Shown: positions 1-11,617 of the stretch, piece after piece
Position numbering within the stretch: the first letter of the stretch is position 1
Layout of the letters: each line of letters opens with the position of its first letter
Source: an uncultured Candidatus Rokubacteria bacterium
GTDB lineage: Bacteria; Methylomirabilota; Methylomirabilia; Rokubacteriales; CSP1-6
Reading direction: 5' to 3'
Length of the DNA stretch: 64,000 nucleotides
Assembly: GCA_963758635.1 (NCBI GenBank)
Contig: CAVWWD010000003.1
Location: 672,001-736,000 of the forward strand
The notes under the pieces: model-generated
Database searches by the model: none
What the model was told of the DNA's origin: nothing
What the model saw: the letters and a program-made list of their open reading frames with translations, nothing else
Translations under genes and position numbers: made by a program

Positions 1-909
<909 letters not shown>

Positions 910-924
910 GGACGCCTCGCCCGG

Positions 925-1191
925 CTACTCCTGGACGAGCCCGTAGATGATGGACACGTCCGGGCCCGCCTCCTCGCGCTTGTAGAGCACGTCGTCGAGG
1001 CGGCCCGCGCCGATCCACACCACCTCGCCGGCGCCCCAGAGCTTCTCGCCGAGCACGCCCATGCGGCGGTCGACGCGCTCGCGCACGGCGTGGGCCTCGA
1101 GCGACAGCTCGCTCTCCGTGGTGAAGCTGGTCCACTCGGGCTTCTGCCCCGCTTCCTCGGTCTTGCGATAGGAGATCAGATACTTGGCCAT
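925..1191 (-). CDS. Small hypothetical protein (88 aa) between carA and carB
   Basis: ATG ORF with normal protein composition, GGAGG upstream, fills the carA-carB gap exactly; no family recognised. Confidence 0.8.
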   Translation of the reverse strand: MAKYLISYRKTEEAGQKPEWTSFTTESELSLEAHAVRERVDRRMGVLGEKLWGAGEVVWIGAGRLDDVLYKREEAGPDVSIIYGLVQE

Positions 1192-1197
1192 GCGACG

Positions 1198-2352
1198 TCA
1201 TCCTCCCCCGGCGCCCGTCACGCGGGCGCGATCGGCCTGCCCCTGCATCAGGGCGATGAAGCGGTCGAAGAGATAGTGGGCGTCGTGCGGGCCCGGCGAG
1301 GCCTCCGGGTGGTACTGCACCGAGAACACCGGCAGCTCCCGGTGCCGCATGCCCTCCGACGTCCCGTCGTTGAGGTTCACGTGCGTCTCCTCGAAGCCGG
1401 CCCGGGCGACCAACGTCGGGTCCACGGCGAATCCGTGGTTCTGGGCGGTGATCTCGACGCGGCCGGTGGCGATGTCCCGCACCGGGTGGTTCGCGCCGTG
1501 GTGGCCGAACTTGAGCTTGTACGTGCTCCCGCCCGCGGCCAGCCCCAGGATCTGGTTGCCGAGACAGATGCCGAAGATGGGCACGTGGCCGATGAGGTCG
1601 CGCACCGTGCGCACCAGGTACGCCACCGCCTCGGGGTCGCCCGGCCCGTTGGAGAGGAAGACCCCATCCGCCTTCCGCTCCCGCACGGCCGCCGCCGGCG
1701 TGCCCGCCGGCACCACGTCGAGCTCGCAGCCCAGCGCGGCGAGCTGACGCAGGATGTTGCTCTTGATGCCCGAGTCGAACGCCACCACGCGGAAGCGCGG
1801 CGGCGGGGGCGTCACGTAGCCGCGCCCGAGCTGCCAGTCGCCCTCCGTCCATCCGTGCCGCGCGTCCACCGACACCTCGCTCACGAGATCGCGTCCGACC
1901 AGCCCCGGGCGCTGCCGCGCGCGCTCGACGAGCCGGTCGGGGTCCGTCTCCCGCGTCGAGATGATGCCTTCCTGCGCGCCGCGGTCCCGGAGATGCCGCG
2001 TGAGCGCGCGCGTGTCGATGCCCTGGATCCCCACGATGCCGTGCCGCGCGAGGTAGGCGTCGAGCGTCACCTGACTCCGCCAGCTCGACGGGTAGGGGCA
2101 CGCCTCCTTCACGATGAAGCCGTCCACCCACGGGCGGCGGGACTCCACGTCCTCGGCGTTCACCCCGTAGTTGCCGATCAGCGGGTACGTCATGCAGACG
2201 AGCTGACCCCGGTACGAGGGGTCGGTGAGGATCTCCTGATAGCCGGTCATGGAGGTGTTGAAGACCACCTCGCCGGCCGCCTCGCCGGTGGCGCCGCAGC
2301 TCTCGCCGCGGAACACGCGGCCGTCGGCGAGCGCGAGGAGGGCCTCCGTCAC
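1198..2352 (-). CDS. carA: Carbamoyl-phosphate synthase small subunit
   Basis: GEVVFNTSMTGYQEILTDPSY, LSNGPGDP, GICLG, QYHPEASPGPHD; GTG start overlaps pyrC stop (GTGA). Confidence 0.97.
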   Translation of the reverse strand: MTEALLALADGRVFRGESCGATGEAAGEVVFNTSMTGYQEILTDPSYRGQLVCMTYPLIGNYGVNAEDVESRRPWVDGFIVKEACPYPSSWRSQVTLDAYLARHGIVGIQGIDTRALTRHLRDRGAQEGIISTRETDPDRLVERARQRPGLVGRDLVSEVSVDARHGWTEGDWQLGRGYVTPPPPRFRVVAFDSGIKSNILRQLAALGCELDVVPAGTPAAAVRERKADGVFLSNGPGDPEAVAYLVRTVRDLIGHVPIFGICLGNQILGLAAGGSTYKLKFGHHGANHPVRDIATGRVEITAQNHGFAVDPTLVARAGFEETHVNLNDGTSEGMRHRELPVFSVQYHPEASPGPHDAHYLFDRFIALMQGQADRARVTGAGGG

Positions 2353-3635
2353 GGCGCGGCCTCCGGCGCCACGGGCACGCCGCCCACGATGGTCATCACC
2401 ACAGCGCCCGTGCCCGTCCAGCCGCGGAACGGCGTGTTCTTGCTGCGTGACCGGAAGGTGGCGGGATCCACCGTCCAGGGGCGCTCGAGGTCGAGCACCG
2501 TGATGTCGGCGGGCGCGCCGGGCGCGAGGCTGCCTCCGGGCAGGCTCATGACCCGCGCGGGCCCGGCGGACATGCGCGCCACGAGGGTCGGCAGGTCGAT
2601 GCGTCCGGCGCGCACGAGGCGGTCCAGGAGCACGGGCACCGCCGTCTCGAGGCCCACGACGCCGTTGGCCGCGGCCGCGTACTCGCCTTCCTTCTCGGTG
2701 AGGGCGTGCGGAGCATGGTCGGTGGCCACGCAGTCGATGGTGCCGTCGGCGAGCCCTTCCAGCAATGCCTCCACGTCGCGCTTGCCGCGCAGCGGCGGGG
2801 CCATCTTGGTGTTGGGATCGTACTCGCGCACCGCCTCGTCGGTGAGCACCAGATGGTGTGGGGTCACCTCGGCGGTGACCTTCACGCCGCGCGCCTTGGC
2901 GTCGCGCACGAGCCGCACCGCCCCCGCGGTGGAGAGATGCGCGATGTGCACGTGCGCCCCCGTCAGCTCCGCGAGCACGATGTCGCGCGCGACCATCACG
3001 TCCTCGGCGGCGGCGGTCAGCCCGGGGAGGCCCAGCTCGGTGGAGACGAAGCCCTCGTGCATGGCCCACTCGCCGGCGAGGGTCGAGTCCTCGGCGTGGC
3101 TCACGATGGGCGCGCCGAAGGGCAGCGCGTACTCCATCGCGCGGCGGTAGAGGCCGGCGTCCATCACGCACTTGCCGTCGTCGGAGAAGGCCACGCAGCC
3201 CGCCTCGGCCTGCTCGGCCATCTCGGCGAGGTCGCCGCCCTTGAGGCCGCGGGTGACGGCGCCGATCGGGTAGACGCGCACCGCGCCCTCCACCTTGGCC
3301 TTGGCCAGGATGTAGTCGGTCACCGCGCGGTTGTCGTTGACCGGAAACGTGTTGGCCATGCAGCAGACCGCGGTGAAGCCGCCGGCGGCGGCCGAGCGCG
3401 TGCCCGTGGCCACCGTCTCCTTGTATTCGAACCCCGGCTCGCGCAGGTGCACGTGGATGTCGATGAAGCCCGGGCAGACGACCTTGCCGGCGGCGTCGAT
3501 CACGACGGCGCCGTTTCCCGCGCGGAGCCCGCGGCCCACCTTCGCGATGCGCCCATCGACCACCGACACGTCGGCGACGGCGTCGACGCCGCTGGCGGGG
3601 TCCACCACGCGGCCGTTCTTGAGGAGGAGGCTCAT
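2349..3635 (-). CDS. pyrC: Dihydroorotase (multifunctional-complex type)
   Basis: [28 protein letters not shown]; start [13 protein letters not shown] overlaps pyrB stop. Confidence 0.96.
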   Translation of the reverse strand: MSLLLKNGRVVDPASGVDAVADVSVVDGRIAKVGRGLRAGNGAVVIDAAGKVVCPGFIDIHVHLREPGFEYKETVATGTRSAAAGGFTAVCCMANTFPVNDNRAVTDYILAKAKVEGAVRVYPIGAVTRGLKGGDLAEMAEQAEAGCVAFSDDGKCVMDAGLYRRAMEYALPFGAPIVSHAEDSTLAGEWAMHEGFVSTELGLPGLTAAAEDVMVARDIVLAELTGAHVHIAHLSTAGAVRLVRDAKARGVKVTAEVTPHHLVLTDEAVREYDPNTKMAPPLRGKRDVEALLEGLADGTIDCVATDHAPHALTEKEGEYAAAANGVVGLETAVPVLLDRLVRAGRIDLPTLVARMSAGPARVMSLPGGSLAPGAPADITVLDLERPWTVDPATFRSRSKNTPFRGWTGTGAVVMTIVGGVPVAPEAAP

Positions 3636-4558
3636 GCCGTGCGGCTCCCCGCGAGGAGGTAGAGCACGGCCATCCGGACGGCGACGCCGTTGGCGACCTG
3701 GTCGAGGATCACCGAGTACTTGCCGTCGGCCACCTCCGGCGCCAGCTCCACGCCGCGGTTCACCGGGCCGGGGTGCATGATCAGCACGTCGGGGCGGCAG
3801 TGGCGCAGCTTGTCGAGCGACAGCCCCCACACCCGCGAGTACTCGCGCAGCGACGGGATGCGCCCGGCGAGCATCCGCTCGTGCTGCAGGCGAAGCATCA
3901 TGACCACGTCGGCGTGGGCGATGGCCTCCTCGAGCCGGTAGCTCACCTTCACGCCCAGCTCCTGGCAGGCCGCGGGGATCAGGGTGGGCGGCCCCGCCAC
4001 CGTGACCGTCATCCCCATCTTCCGCATGCCGTGGATGTCCGAGCGCGCCACCCGGCTGTGGGCGATGTCGCCCACGATCGTGACGTTCAGGCCTTCGAGG
4101 TGACCCTTCTTCTGGCGGATCGTCAGCAGGTCGAGGAGCGCCTGCGTCGGGTGCTCGTGGGCGCCGTCGCCCGCGTTCACCACCGCGCACCGGAGCTGCC
4201 GGGCGAGGAGCGCGGGCGCCCCCGCCGCCTGGTGACGGACCACCACCACGTCCGGGCTCATCGCCTCGATGTTCCGGGCGGTGTCGAGCAGGCTCTCGCC
4301 CTTCTCCGCGCTCGACCCCGACGACGAGAAGTTGATCACGTCGGCGGAGAGCCACTTGCCCGCGATCTCGAAGGACGTGCGCGTACGCGTGGAGGCCTCG
4401 TAGAAGAGGTTCACCACCGTCTTGCCGCGCAGCGTGGGCACCTTCTTGATCTCGCGCGTGGCGATCTCGCGCATGGACTCGGCGGTGTCGAGCACGTCGC
4501 GGATCTCCGCCGCCTCGACCTCCTGCATGCTGACCAGGTCCTTCCGCTTCCAGCCCAT
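3632..4558 (-). CDS. pyrB: Aspartate carbamoyltransferase catalytic subunit
   Basis: [31 protein letters not shown] motifs. Confidence 0.98.
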   Translation of the reverse strand: MGWKRKDLVSMQEVEAAEIRDVLDTAESMREIATREIKKVPTLRGKTVVNLFYEASTRTRTSFEIAGKWLSADVINFSSSGSSAEKGESLLDTARNIEAMSPDVVVVRHQAAGAPALLARQLRCAVVNAGDGAHEHPTQALLDLLTIRQKKGHLEGLNVTIVGDIAHSRVARSDIHGMRKMGMTVTVAGPPTLIPAACQELGVKVSYRLEEAIAHADVVMMLRLQHERMLAGRIPSLREYSRVWGLSLDKLRHCRPDVLIMHPGPVNRGVELAPEVADGKYSVILDQVANGVAVRMAVLYLLAGSRTA

Positions 4559-4581
4559 GTGGCTCGGTCTCCCGTGGCCGG

Positions 4582-5286
<705 letters not shown>

Positions 5287-5288
5287 TC

Positions 5289-5317
5289 ACCGTACCGTCG
5301 GAGCGCGGGGCTGTCAA
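5289..5317 (-). promoter_or_regulatory. Putative sigma70 promoter of pyr operon
   Basis: TTGACA-17 nt-TACGGT just upstream of the PyrR element. Confidence 0.65.
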
Positions 5318-5420
5318 GTGGAAGTGAGCCAAACGGCGAGCGAGACGTTTCTTCCCACGGTCTCCATGTCCGTGATGGCCGAGCTGCCCGTTGGGGTCGT
5401 TTCTACTTCATTCCCATGTA

Positions 5421-5450
5421 CGCTCGGCTCGCCTTCGGCTCACCTCGCCC
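5421..5450. repeat. Short dispersed repeat with CGGCTCGCCTTCGGCTCACCTC core
   Basis: Near-identical inverted copy at about 45714-45742; weaker copy at about 61033-61058. Confidence 0.55.
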
Positions 5451-5522
5451 TGCTGGGTATCCTCGGCGCAGGACAACGTCCCGAGAACGCGCCGCGCGGC
5501 CCGCGGCAGCGAGGAGAGCGAC

Positions 5523-5813
5523 ATGTCCATCCGGCTCGTGGTGACGATCACCGCTGCACCAGGCAAGGGCGCCGAGCTGGCGCAGGCGTACACGACCCGC
5601 TGCGCCGAGGTGATGACGGAGCCGGGCTGCGAGCAATTCGAGGTGTTCAGGAGCGTCGTGAATCCGGATCGGCTCGCGCTGCTCGAGCGATGGACGGACC
5701 AGGCCGCTCTCGACGCGCACGCGAAGCTCAACCAGACGCGGCCGCCGCTCCGGCCCGAGCTGCGCCAGGGCGCGGGCGAGCGTGAGGACTACTCGTACCA
5801 CCGCGTCCGGTAG
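5523..5813 (+). CDS. Antibiotic biosynthesis monooxygenase (ABM) / putative quinol monooxygenase family protein
   Basis: EPGCEQFEVF...LLERW.D..ALDAH pattern; GGAGAG RBS before ATG 5523. Confidence 0.85.
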   Translation: MSIRLVVTITAAPGKGAELAQAYTTRCAEVMTEPGCEQFEVFRSVVNPDRLALLERWTDQAALDAHAKLNQTRPPLRPELRQGAGEREDYSYHRVR

Positions 5814-6366
5814 GGGGCGGTCTCGTCCGGCCCGGCCGGGTGACGGCGCTCGCCGCGGCCGGCGCCGGGCATCGGGACCGCGCCGGGCCCGCGGCCCGGC
5901 GGCGGGTGGCATCGTCGGAGTGATCGCGGACACCCACGGCCTCCTGCGGCCCGAGGCGCTCGCCGCCCTCGCGGGCGCGGACGTCATCATCCACGCGGGC
6001 GACGTGGGCTCGCCCGAGGTGATCGAGCGGCTCCGCGCCATCGCGCCCACGTTCGTGGTCCGCGGCAACAACGACACCGCGTCGTGGGCCGACGATCTTC
6101 CCGAGATCCAGGTGGTGACGGTGGGCGGTCTCAGGTTCTGGGTGCTGCACGAGGCGGCGCGGCTGTCCGTCGATCCCGTCGCCGCGGGGCTCGCCTGCGT
6201 CGTCTCCGGCCACTCCCACCGCCCCTCGATCGAGACGCGCGACGGCGTGCTTCACATCAACCCGGGCAGTGCCGGCCCCCGCCGCTTCACTCTCCCGGTG
6301 ACGGTCGCGCGCCTCCGTGTCGCCGGCGACCGCATTGTCCCGGAGATCATCCAGCTCCCAGTCTGA
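5782..6366 (+). CDS. Metallophosphoesterase (YfcE/MJ0936 family); true start uncertain, probably near 5900
   Basis: IADTHG, IHAGD, VRGNND, SGHSH, INPGSAG motifs. Confidence 0.85.
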   Translation: MRTTRTTASGRGRSRPARPGDGARRGRRRASGPRRARGPAAGGIVGVIADTHGLLRPEALAALAGADVIIHAGDVGSPEVIERLRAIAPTFVVRGNNDTASWADDLPEIQVVTVGGLRFWVLHEAARLSVDPVAAGLACVVSGHSHRPSIETRDGVLHINPGSAGPRRFTLPVTVARLRVAGDRIVPEIIQLPV

Positions 6367-6381
6367 TGTCGTACCGGCTGG

Positions 6382-7620
6382 TCAGGCGGGGGTGCGCCAG
6401 AGGTCGCGAACGATCTCCTCGCGCTCGACGGAGACGCGGCCGGTCTTCACCACGAGGCGCGGGGTGGCCAGGGCCGTGACGATGGCGTCGTGGGTGTCGG
6501 TGTCCCACACCGCGAGGTCGGCGCGGGCGCCGGCGCGGAGGCCGTAGTCAGGCAGGCGCAGGATGCGCGCGGGATGCTCGGTGAGCATGGCCAGCACCTG
6601 GCCGAGCTCATCGGCCGCCCCCATGTGAGCGCCGACCACCACGAGGTACCCCATGAGCGGGAGCGCCGCGGTGCCGACCGGCGTGAAGGCGTTGCGCACG
6701 TTGTTGGTTGCCGCGGCCACGGGCACGCGGGCGGCGAGGAGGCGCTTGACGGGGGCCAGCCCGCGCCTCACGTTGCGCTCGTCGCGCCGGCCCATCAGGT
6801 AGAGATCGGTGGCGGGCAGGACGATCACGCCCACGCCGCTCTGCGCGAGCCGCGCGGCGATCTCGTCCTGGTCGCCGGCGGCGAGCGCCGCCACCTCGCT
6901 CATGTGGCCGACGGCCACCCGGCCCTGCCAGCCGCGCCGCTCTGCCTCCGCGCAGATGCGCCGGACGTGGAGGTGCTCCGGCTCGTCCGCGAAGTCCACG
7001 TGGAAGTCCGCGTCCACGCCGAACCGGACGGCCAGGTCGAACACGATCTCGATGTGGGCGAAGGCGTCGGTGTCGTTGTAGGGGCAGCCGCCGACGAGGT
7101 CCGCGCCACCTTCGAGAGCGCGGGCAAGGAGCGCCTCGGTGCCCGGGGCTTTCAGGATGCCCTCCTGCGCGAACGCGCAGAGCTGGAGGTCCAGCGCCGG
7201 CGCGTACTCGCGCTTGAGGGCGAGGAGCGCCTCCAGCCCCTTGAGGCCCACAATCGGGTCGACCTCGACGTGGCTCCGCATCGCGGTGGTCCCGTTCCGC
7301 ACCGCCGCGTCGAGGACCCGTCGTGCCCGCTCCCGGATATCGTCGATGGTGAAGGCGCGCTTGGCCTCGCCGGTCACGCGGATGGCCTCCTCCACCGTGC
7401 CCTCCACGCTCGGCGTGCGCCCGGACAGGAGGGCCTTGTCCAGGTGGATGTGGGACTCCACCAGCCCCGGCGTCACCGGCCGGCCCCCGCAGTCGACCGT
7501 GCGGCGCGCCGCCTCGCCGCCGAGGGGGCCGATCGCGGCGATGCGCCCCGTGGCGCATCCGATGTCGGCGATGCGGCCGTCGGGCAGCCGACAGGATGTC
7601 AGGACGAGGTCCAGGCTCAT
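6382..7620 (-). CDS. Cytosine-deaminase-like metal-dependent amidohydrolase
   Basis: ESHIHLDKA, GTTAMRSHVEVD, AFAQEG, DFHVD, VGH; ATG overlaps upstream stop. Confidence 0.88.
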   Translation of the reverse strand: MSLDLVLTSCRLPDGRIADIGCATGRIAAIGPLGGEAARRTVDCGGRPVTPGLVESHIHLDKALLSGRTPSVEGTVEEAIRVTGEAKRAFTIDDIRERARRVLDAAVRNGTTAMRSHVEVDPIVGLKGLEALLALKREYAPALDLQLCAFAQEGILKAPGTEALLARALEGGADLVGGCPYNDTDAFAHIEIVFDLAVRFGVDADFHVDFADEPEHLHVRRICAEAERRGWQGRVAVGHMSEVAALAAGDQDEIAARLAQSGVGVIVLPATDLYLMGRRDERNVRRGLAPVKRLLAARVPVAAATNNVRNAFTPVGTAALPLMGYLVVVGAHMGAADELGQVLAMLTEHPARILRLPDYGLRAGARADLAVWDTDTHDAIVTALATPRLVVKTGRVSVEREEIVRDLWRTPA

Positions 7621-8893
7621 GCCGCCGCGCCCGGCCGCCGCGCCGCGGCCAGGGCCTCGAGCGCCTCCTCGAAGCACGCGAGCGGCGCGCGGACCACGCC
7701 GGCCCCGATCTGCCCGGTGCCGGGGACGCGGCCCGCGATCCCGGTGTTGATGAGCGGCGTGATGCCCGTCTCCACCACGCGCCGCACGTCGATGCCCACG
7801 GGCGTGCCCCGGTCGTCGAGCGCGGGGATGCGAAAGTGCGGGTGCTCCTCGAGGCAGATCTCGTCCATCTCCTCGGTGGTGGCCACCGCCTCGGAGAGCC
7901 CCCCGCGCCGACGAAGCGGACCACGGCGGGCGAGGCGGCCATGGCGAAGCCGCCGAGGCCGATGGTCTCGACGATGGCGCTGTCGCCCATGTCGGGGTTG
8001 GCGTCCGCCTCGCCGAATCCGGGGAAGTAGAGGCCACGGGGCAGGTTCACGGGAGCGGTGAACCAGCGGTCGCCGAGGCCGGCCACGCGGATGCCGAAGT
8101 CGGTCCCGTTCCGGGCCATGGTGGCGACCATCGTCGACCCGGCCACGTCCAGGCACGGGTCGGCGCTGGCCTTGCCCGCGGCCATGGCGAGGTTGAGGAA
8201 GAACTGGTCGTTCGCGGCCACGAACGCGGCCACCCGCTCGAGCGCGCCCAGGTCCGACGCGGCTCGCGCAAGGTGCGGCATCAGGGCGCGCGCGGTCAGC
8301 GAGGACGCGGCCACGTTCCGCTGGTGCATCTCGTCGCCCATGCGCACGGCCTGGGCCATGAGGGCGCGAAGGTCGATCCCGCCGCCGGCGCGGATGGCCG
8401 CGCCCAGGAGCGGCCCGGCCTCCGCGGCCAGCCATCGGAGCCGGTCGATCACGCTCGCGTCGTTGGCGCCGAAGCGGAGCACCTTGCCCAGGCCCTCGTT
8501 CACGGTGGCGCAGGCGCGGTTGCCGACGGCGCGATTTTCCACCACGAAGACCGGCATGGACGGCGTGACGATGCCGGTCATCGGTCCCGCGGCGCCCGCG
8601 TGGTGGCAGGGCCGGAGCGCGACCGCTCCGGTCTCCACCAGGCGGCGCGCCTCGTCGTCGTCCGCCGCCCACCCCTCGTAGCGGACCGCGCACAGCACGG
8701 CGGCCTGCACGGTCGCGCACGCGCGGCCCCACGGGAGCGGGGGCCCGGAGTGGAGCACGATGCGTCCCGAGATGCCGAGGGCGCGGCTCGCGGGCTGGCA
8801 GTCGACCAGCACGGGCTGGGCCTGGACGAGCCGCTCGACCGCCGCCCGGTTGGCCGCGCCGATCGAGGGGCGGCCGCGCTCAGCCGTCGTCAT
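7617..8893 (-). CDS. DUF1116 family protein (YlbE/AllG/YahG-like); one frameshift in G-run near 7899-7904
   Basis: LHSGPP, NEGLGKVLRFGA, MGDEMHQRN, ARNGTDFGI, NPDMGDSAIVET in one frame; TPVGIDVRRVVETGITPLINTGIA...QIGAG continues in another frame. Confidence 0.88.
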
Positions 8894-10667
8894 CGAGGAG
8901 ATCGAGGAGCCCGGCTCGATGCGGATCGCCGCCCGCCGGCGGGCTCCACTGCACGTCGACGACGGGAGCGCCGCGGCGCGCCAGGTCCTCGGCAAACCGG
9001 CGGATGCCCACGTTGACCACCGAGAGCTCGCGGCCGAGGAGCGGGCCCGCGGCGGGGCGGGCGCTCGCGATGGCCGCGGCGGGCGGCGGCGGGATCGCGG
9101 GCGGCGCGGCCGCCGATCTCACCGCGTCGATCACGCGGGCTCCGCCCGCGATGCAGGCGGCCGCGCGGGCGGCGCGCGCGTTCGAGGGCAGGAGCCAGAC
9201 CCCCGACTTCTCGAGCCGCGCCGTCTGGCTCGCGAGCCCCTGCGGATCGCCCGGCGTGCCGACGACCGTGGCCACCACCGCCAGGCGCCGGCCATCAGCC
9301 CTGGCCCGGGCCTGCGCGGCCTCGAGCGCGGGCGCGATGTCGCCGGCCGGGTCGGCGGCGACGCCGTATCCCAGCACCACGTCGAGCAGCAGGACACCCA
9401 CGGTGGGATCCGCGCCCGCGCGCTCGATCGCGCGCACGCGGAGGGCCGGGTCCAGCATGGGATGCGCGCGTCCCACCGTGAACTCGTCGGATCCCAGGTC
9501 CAGGACGCGATGGGCGCTGTCGCGCGTGTCTCCGCTCCCGAGGTTCCCGCCGATGGGCCCGAGCAGCGGCTCCAGGATGGACAGCGCCTCGTACGCGAGG
9601 GTGCCACCCGCGTAGAGCCCGCGGAGACCGGTCTGCCCTGGGGCCAGGGCCTTCGTCGCGGCGACGAGACGCGCCGCGTCCTCGTCGCCGAAAGCGGCGC
9701 TCGCCGGCGTCCACGCCGTCCCGGACAGCATGGCCACCGCCGCGTCCGCGGCGTCCTCGAGCGTGGAGACGATGACCGCTCGGCCGCGTTGCATCGGCGC
9801 GACGCCGGAACCGAGCAGCGCCAGCACCGCGGGTGTGGGGCCGGCTTCCAGGCGGGCCCCGATCGCCTCGCGCACCCGGGCGGCGGGCGGCTTTCCCACG
9901 ATCACGAGCAGCTCCGTGCCCGGGTCTCCCGCGAGGCGGTCGATCGCGGCGAGCGTCATCACGCCTCCCACCGCCTCCGCCATGTCGCGTCCGCCCACGC
10001 CGATGCCGTGCGACAGGCCCTCGCCGCGCGCGGCGAGGAGCGACGCGACGTGCTGGAGCCCCGTGCCCGAGGCGGCGACCACGCCGACCCGCCCGCGCGG
10101 CACCTCGTTGGCGAAGCCGAGCGGCACGCCGTCGATGTACGCCGTGCCGCAGTCCGGGCCCAGTACCAGCCCACCGGCGGCCGCGGCCCGGCGCTTGAGG
10201 AGCACCTCGTCGGCGAGGGGGACGTTGTCGCTGAAGACCATCACCGACAGGCCGCGCGCCAGGGCCCGCCGGCCGAGCCCGGCGGCGAAGGGGCCGGGTA
10301 CGGAGACGAGCGCGAGGCTGGCGCCGGGCAGGCGACGGCACGCGGTCTCCATCGTGCGGGGCGGGCGGCCGCCCTCGGCACGGAGGCGTTCGCGCCCGGC
10401 GGCGAGGAACGACTCGGCGAGGGTGAGCGCGCGGTCAGCGGCGCCGGGCGAGTCGGCGCGGACGGCGACGACGAGGTCGCTGGGCCCGGCCCGGCTCGAC
10501 TCCGGCGACGCCAGGTCAGCCTGGGCAAGGAGGTCGCGGTTTGCGGGCGTGGCCATGAGCGCGGCCGCCTCGCGCACGCCCGGCGATGCCCGCAGCTCGC
10601 GCGCCAGGGCGAGGAGCGTCACCGAGTCCCGGTAGAAGCTCGGCTTGACGAGGGTCGTCACGCTCAC
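8880..10667 (-). CDS. fdrA: FdrA family protein (AllF/YahF-like, succinyl-CoA synthetase fold)
   Basis: YRDSVTL, FSDNV, GPDCGT, ASGTGLQ, GVGGRD, GLYAGGTL, GRAHPM, LDVVLGYG and C-terminal VVNVG...WSPPAGG. Confidence 0.9.
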   Translation of the reverse strand: MSVTTLVKPSFYRDSVTLLALARELRASPGVREAAALMATPANRDLLAQADLASPESSRAGPSDLVVAVRADSPGAADRALTLAESFLAAGRERLRAEGGRPPRTMETACRRLPGASLALVSVPGPFAAGLGRRALARGLSVMVFSDNVPLADEVLLKRRAAAAGGLVLGPDCGTAYIDGVPLGFANEVPRGRVGVVAASGTGLQHVASLLAARGEGLSHGIGVGGRDMAEAVGGVMTLAAIDRLAGDPGTELLVIVGKPPAARVREAIGARLEAGPTPAVLALLGSGVAPMQRGRAVIVSTLEDAADAAVAMLSGTAWTPASAAFGDEDAARLVAATKALAPGQTGLRGLYAGGTLAYEALSILEPLLGPIGGNLGSGDTRDSAHRVLDLGSDEFTVGRAHPMLDPALRVRAIERAGADPTVGVLLLDVVLGYGVAADPAGDIAPALEAAQARARADGRRLAVVATVVGTPGDPQGLASQTARLEKSGVWLLPSNARAARAAACIAGGARVIDAVRSAAAPPAIPPPPAAAIASARPAAGPLLGRELSVVNVGIRRFAEDLARRGAPVVDVQWSPPAGGDPHRAGLLDLLDDDG

Positions 10668-11527
10668 GCGCGGCGCGCCTCCACGGCCTCGACGGCCAGG
10701 CGGATGCCCGTCAGCGTGTCGGCCCCGGACGTGGCGCCGGTGCGCGCGAGGGCGGCGGCCGTGAGCGAAGCCGCCGGCGCCGTTTCCGCTGCGAACAGGG
10801 CCAGCACGGGCTCGGCAAACGCGCCCTCGAGGGCGTGGAGGATGAACTCCCGGCCGATCGCCGTCGTGCGCTCGGCCGCGTCCCGCGCGAGCCTCGTCCG
10901 CGCGCGGGACGTGAGGAATGCCGTGTCCGAGCCGGCCAGGACCGCGAGCGCGCCGACCAGGCAGTCGTCCCCCGCCGGGGTCAGCCCTTCGCCGAGGCCC
11001 ATGAGGGCCCGTCCGGCGGCGACGAAGCCGTCCGCGTCGCCGCTCCGGATGGCCTCGGCGAGGCGCGCGCGGGCCTGCCGTGCCGGGGGCAGGTCCAGCG
11101 CGGGGGCGCCGGGGAGGGCGCCCATCTCGGCGAGGGCGTCGGCGACGCAGCGGGACGGGTGAGCGCCGCGCGGCATCGACAGGTCGACCCGCGCCGCGGG
11201 CGTGAACGCGAGCTCGAGCGGCCCCAGGCGCAGGCGGTCGCCCCGGCGGCGGACGAGGTCGCCGGCCCGGACCGCGCCCAGGTCGGGCACGACGGACAGC
11301 GACGCCGCGAACGGCGCGGCGAGCGGGCCCGGCGCGTGGAAGGCGACGATGCGGCCGTCGCGACACTCGACGTTGACGCAGCGGGTGAACACGGAGTGGA
11401 TCCGTCCCATCACGAACGGCGCCCCCTCCAGGCGGGCCGCCACCGCGCGGGCGAGCCGCACGACGCGGATCTCGCCGGCGATGGGCTCGTCCGGCGAGCC
11501 ACCGAGGTTCTCGTCCACGAGTGTCAT
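10664..11527 (-). CDS. DUF2877 family protein (YlbF/AllH/YahE-like)
   Basis: IHSVF N-terminus, GLGEGLTPAGDD and GATSGAD motifs; adjacent to fdrA. Confidence 0.88.
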   Translation of the reverse strand: MTLVDENLGGSPDEPIAGEIRVVRLARAVAARLEGAPFVMGRIHSVFTRCVNVECRDGRIVAFHAPGPLAAPFAASLSVVPDLGAVRAGDLVRRRGDRLRLGPLELAFTPAARVDLSMPRGAHPSRCVADALAEMGALPGAPALDLPPARQARARLAEAIRSGDADGFVAAGRALMGLGEGLTPAGDDCLVGALAVLAGSDTAFLTSRARTRLARDAAERTTAIGREFILHALEGAFAEPVLALFAAETAPAASLTAAALARTGATSGADTLTGIRLAVEAVEARRA

Positions 11528-11617
11528 CGGGGGACGTCCGGCGTGGCGGCGGGCATCGGGACGGTGGGAGCGGCCGTCTTCGGGGCGGACCGCGGGCGAC
11601 CGTCTCGCGCGGCGGCC

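Noticed and set aside
7895..7910. Programmed frameshift or phase variation in the DUF1116 G-run
   Set aside because: Short homopolymer, and other genes show similar single-base errors; sequencing error is simpler
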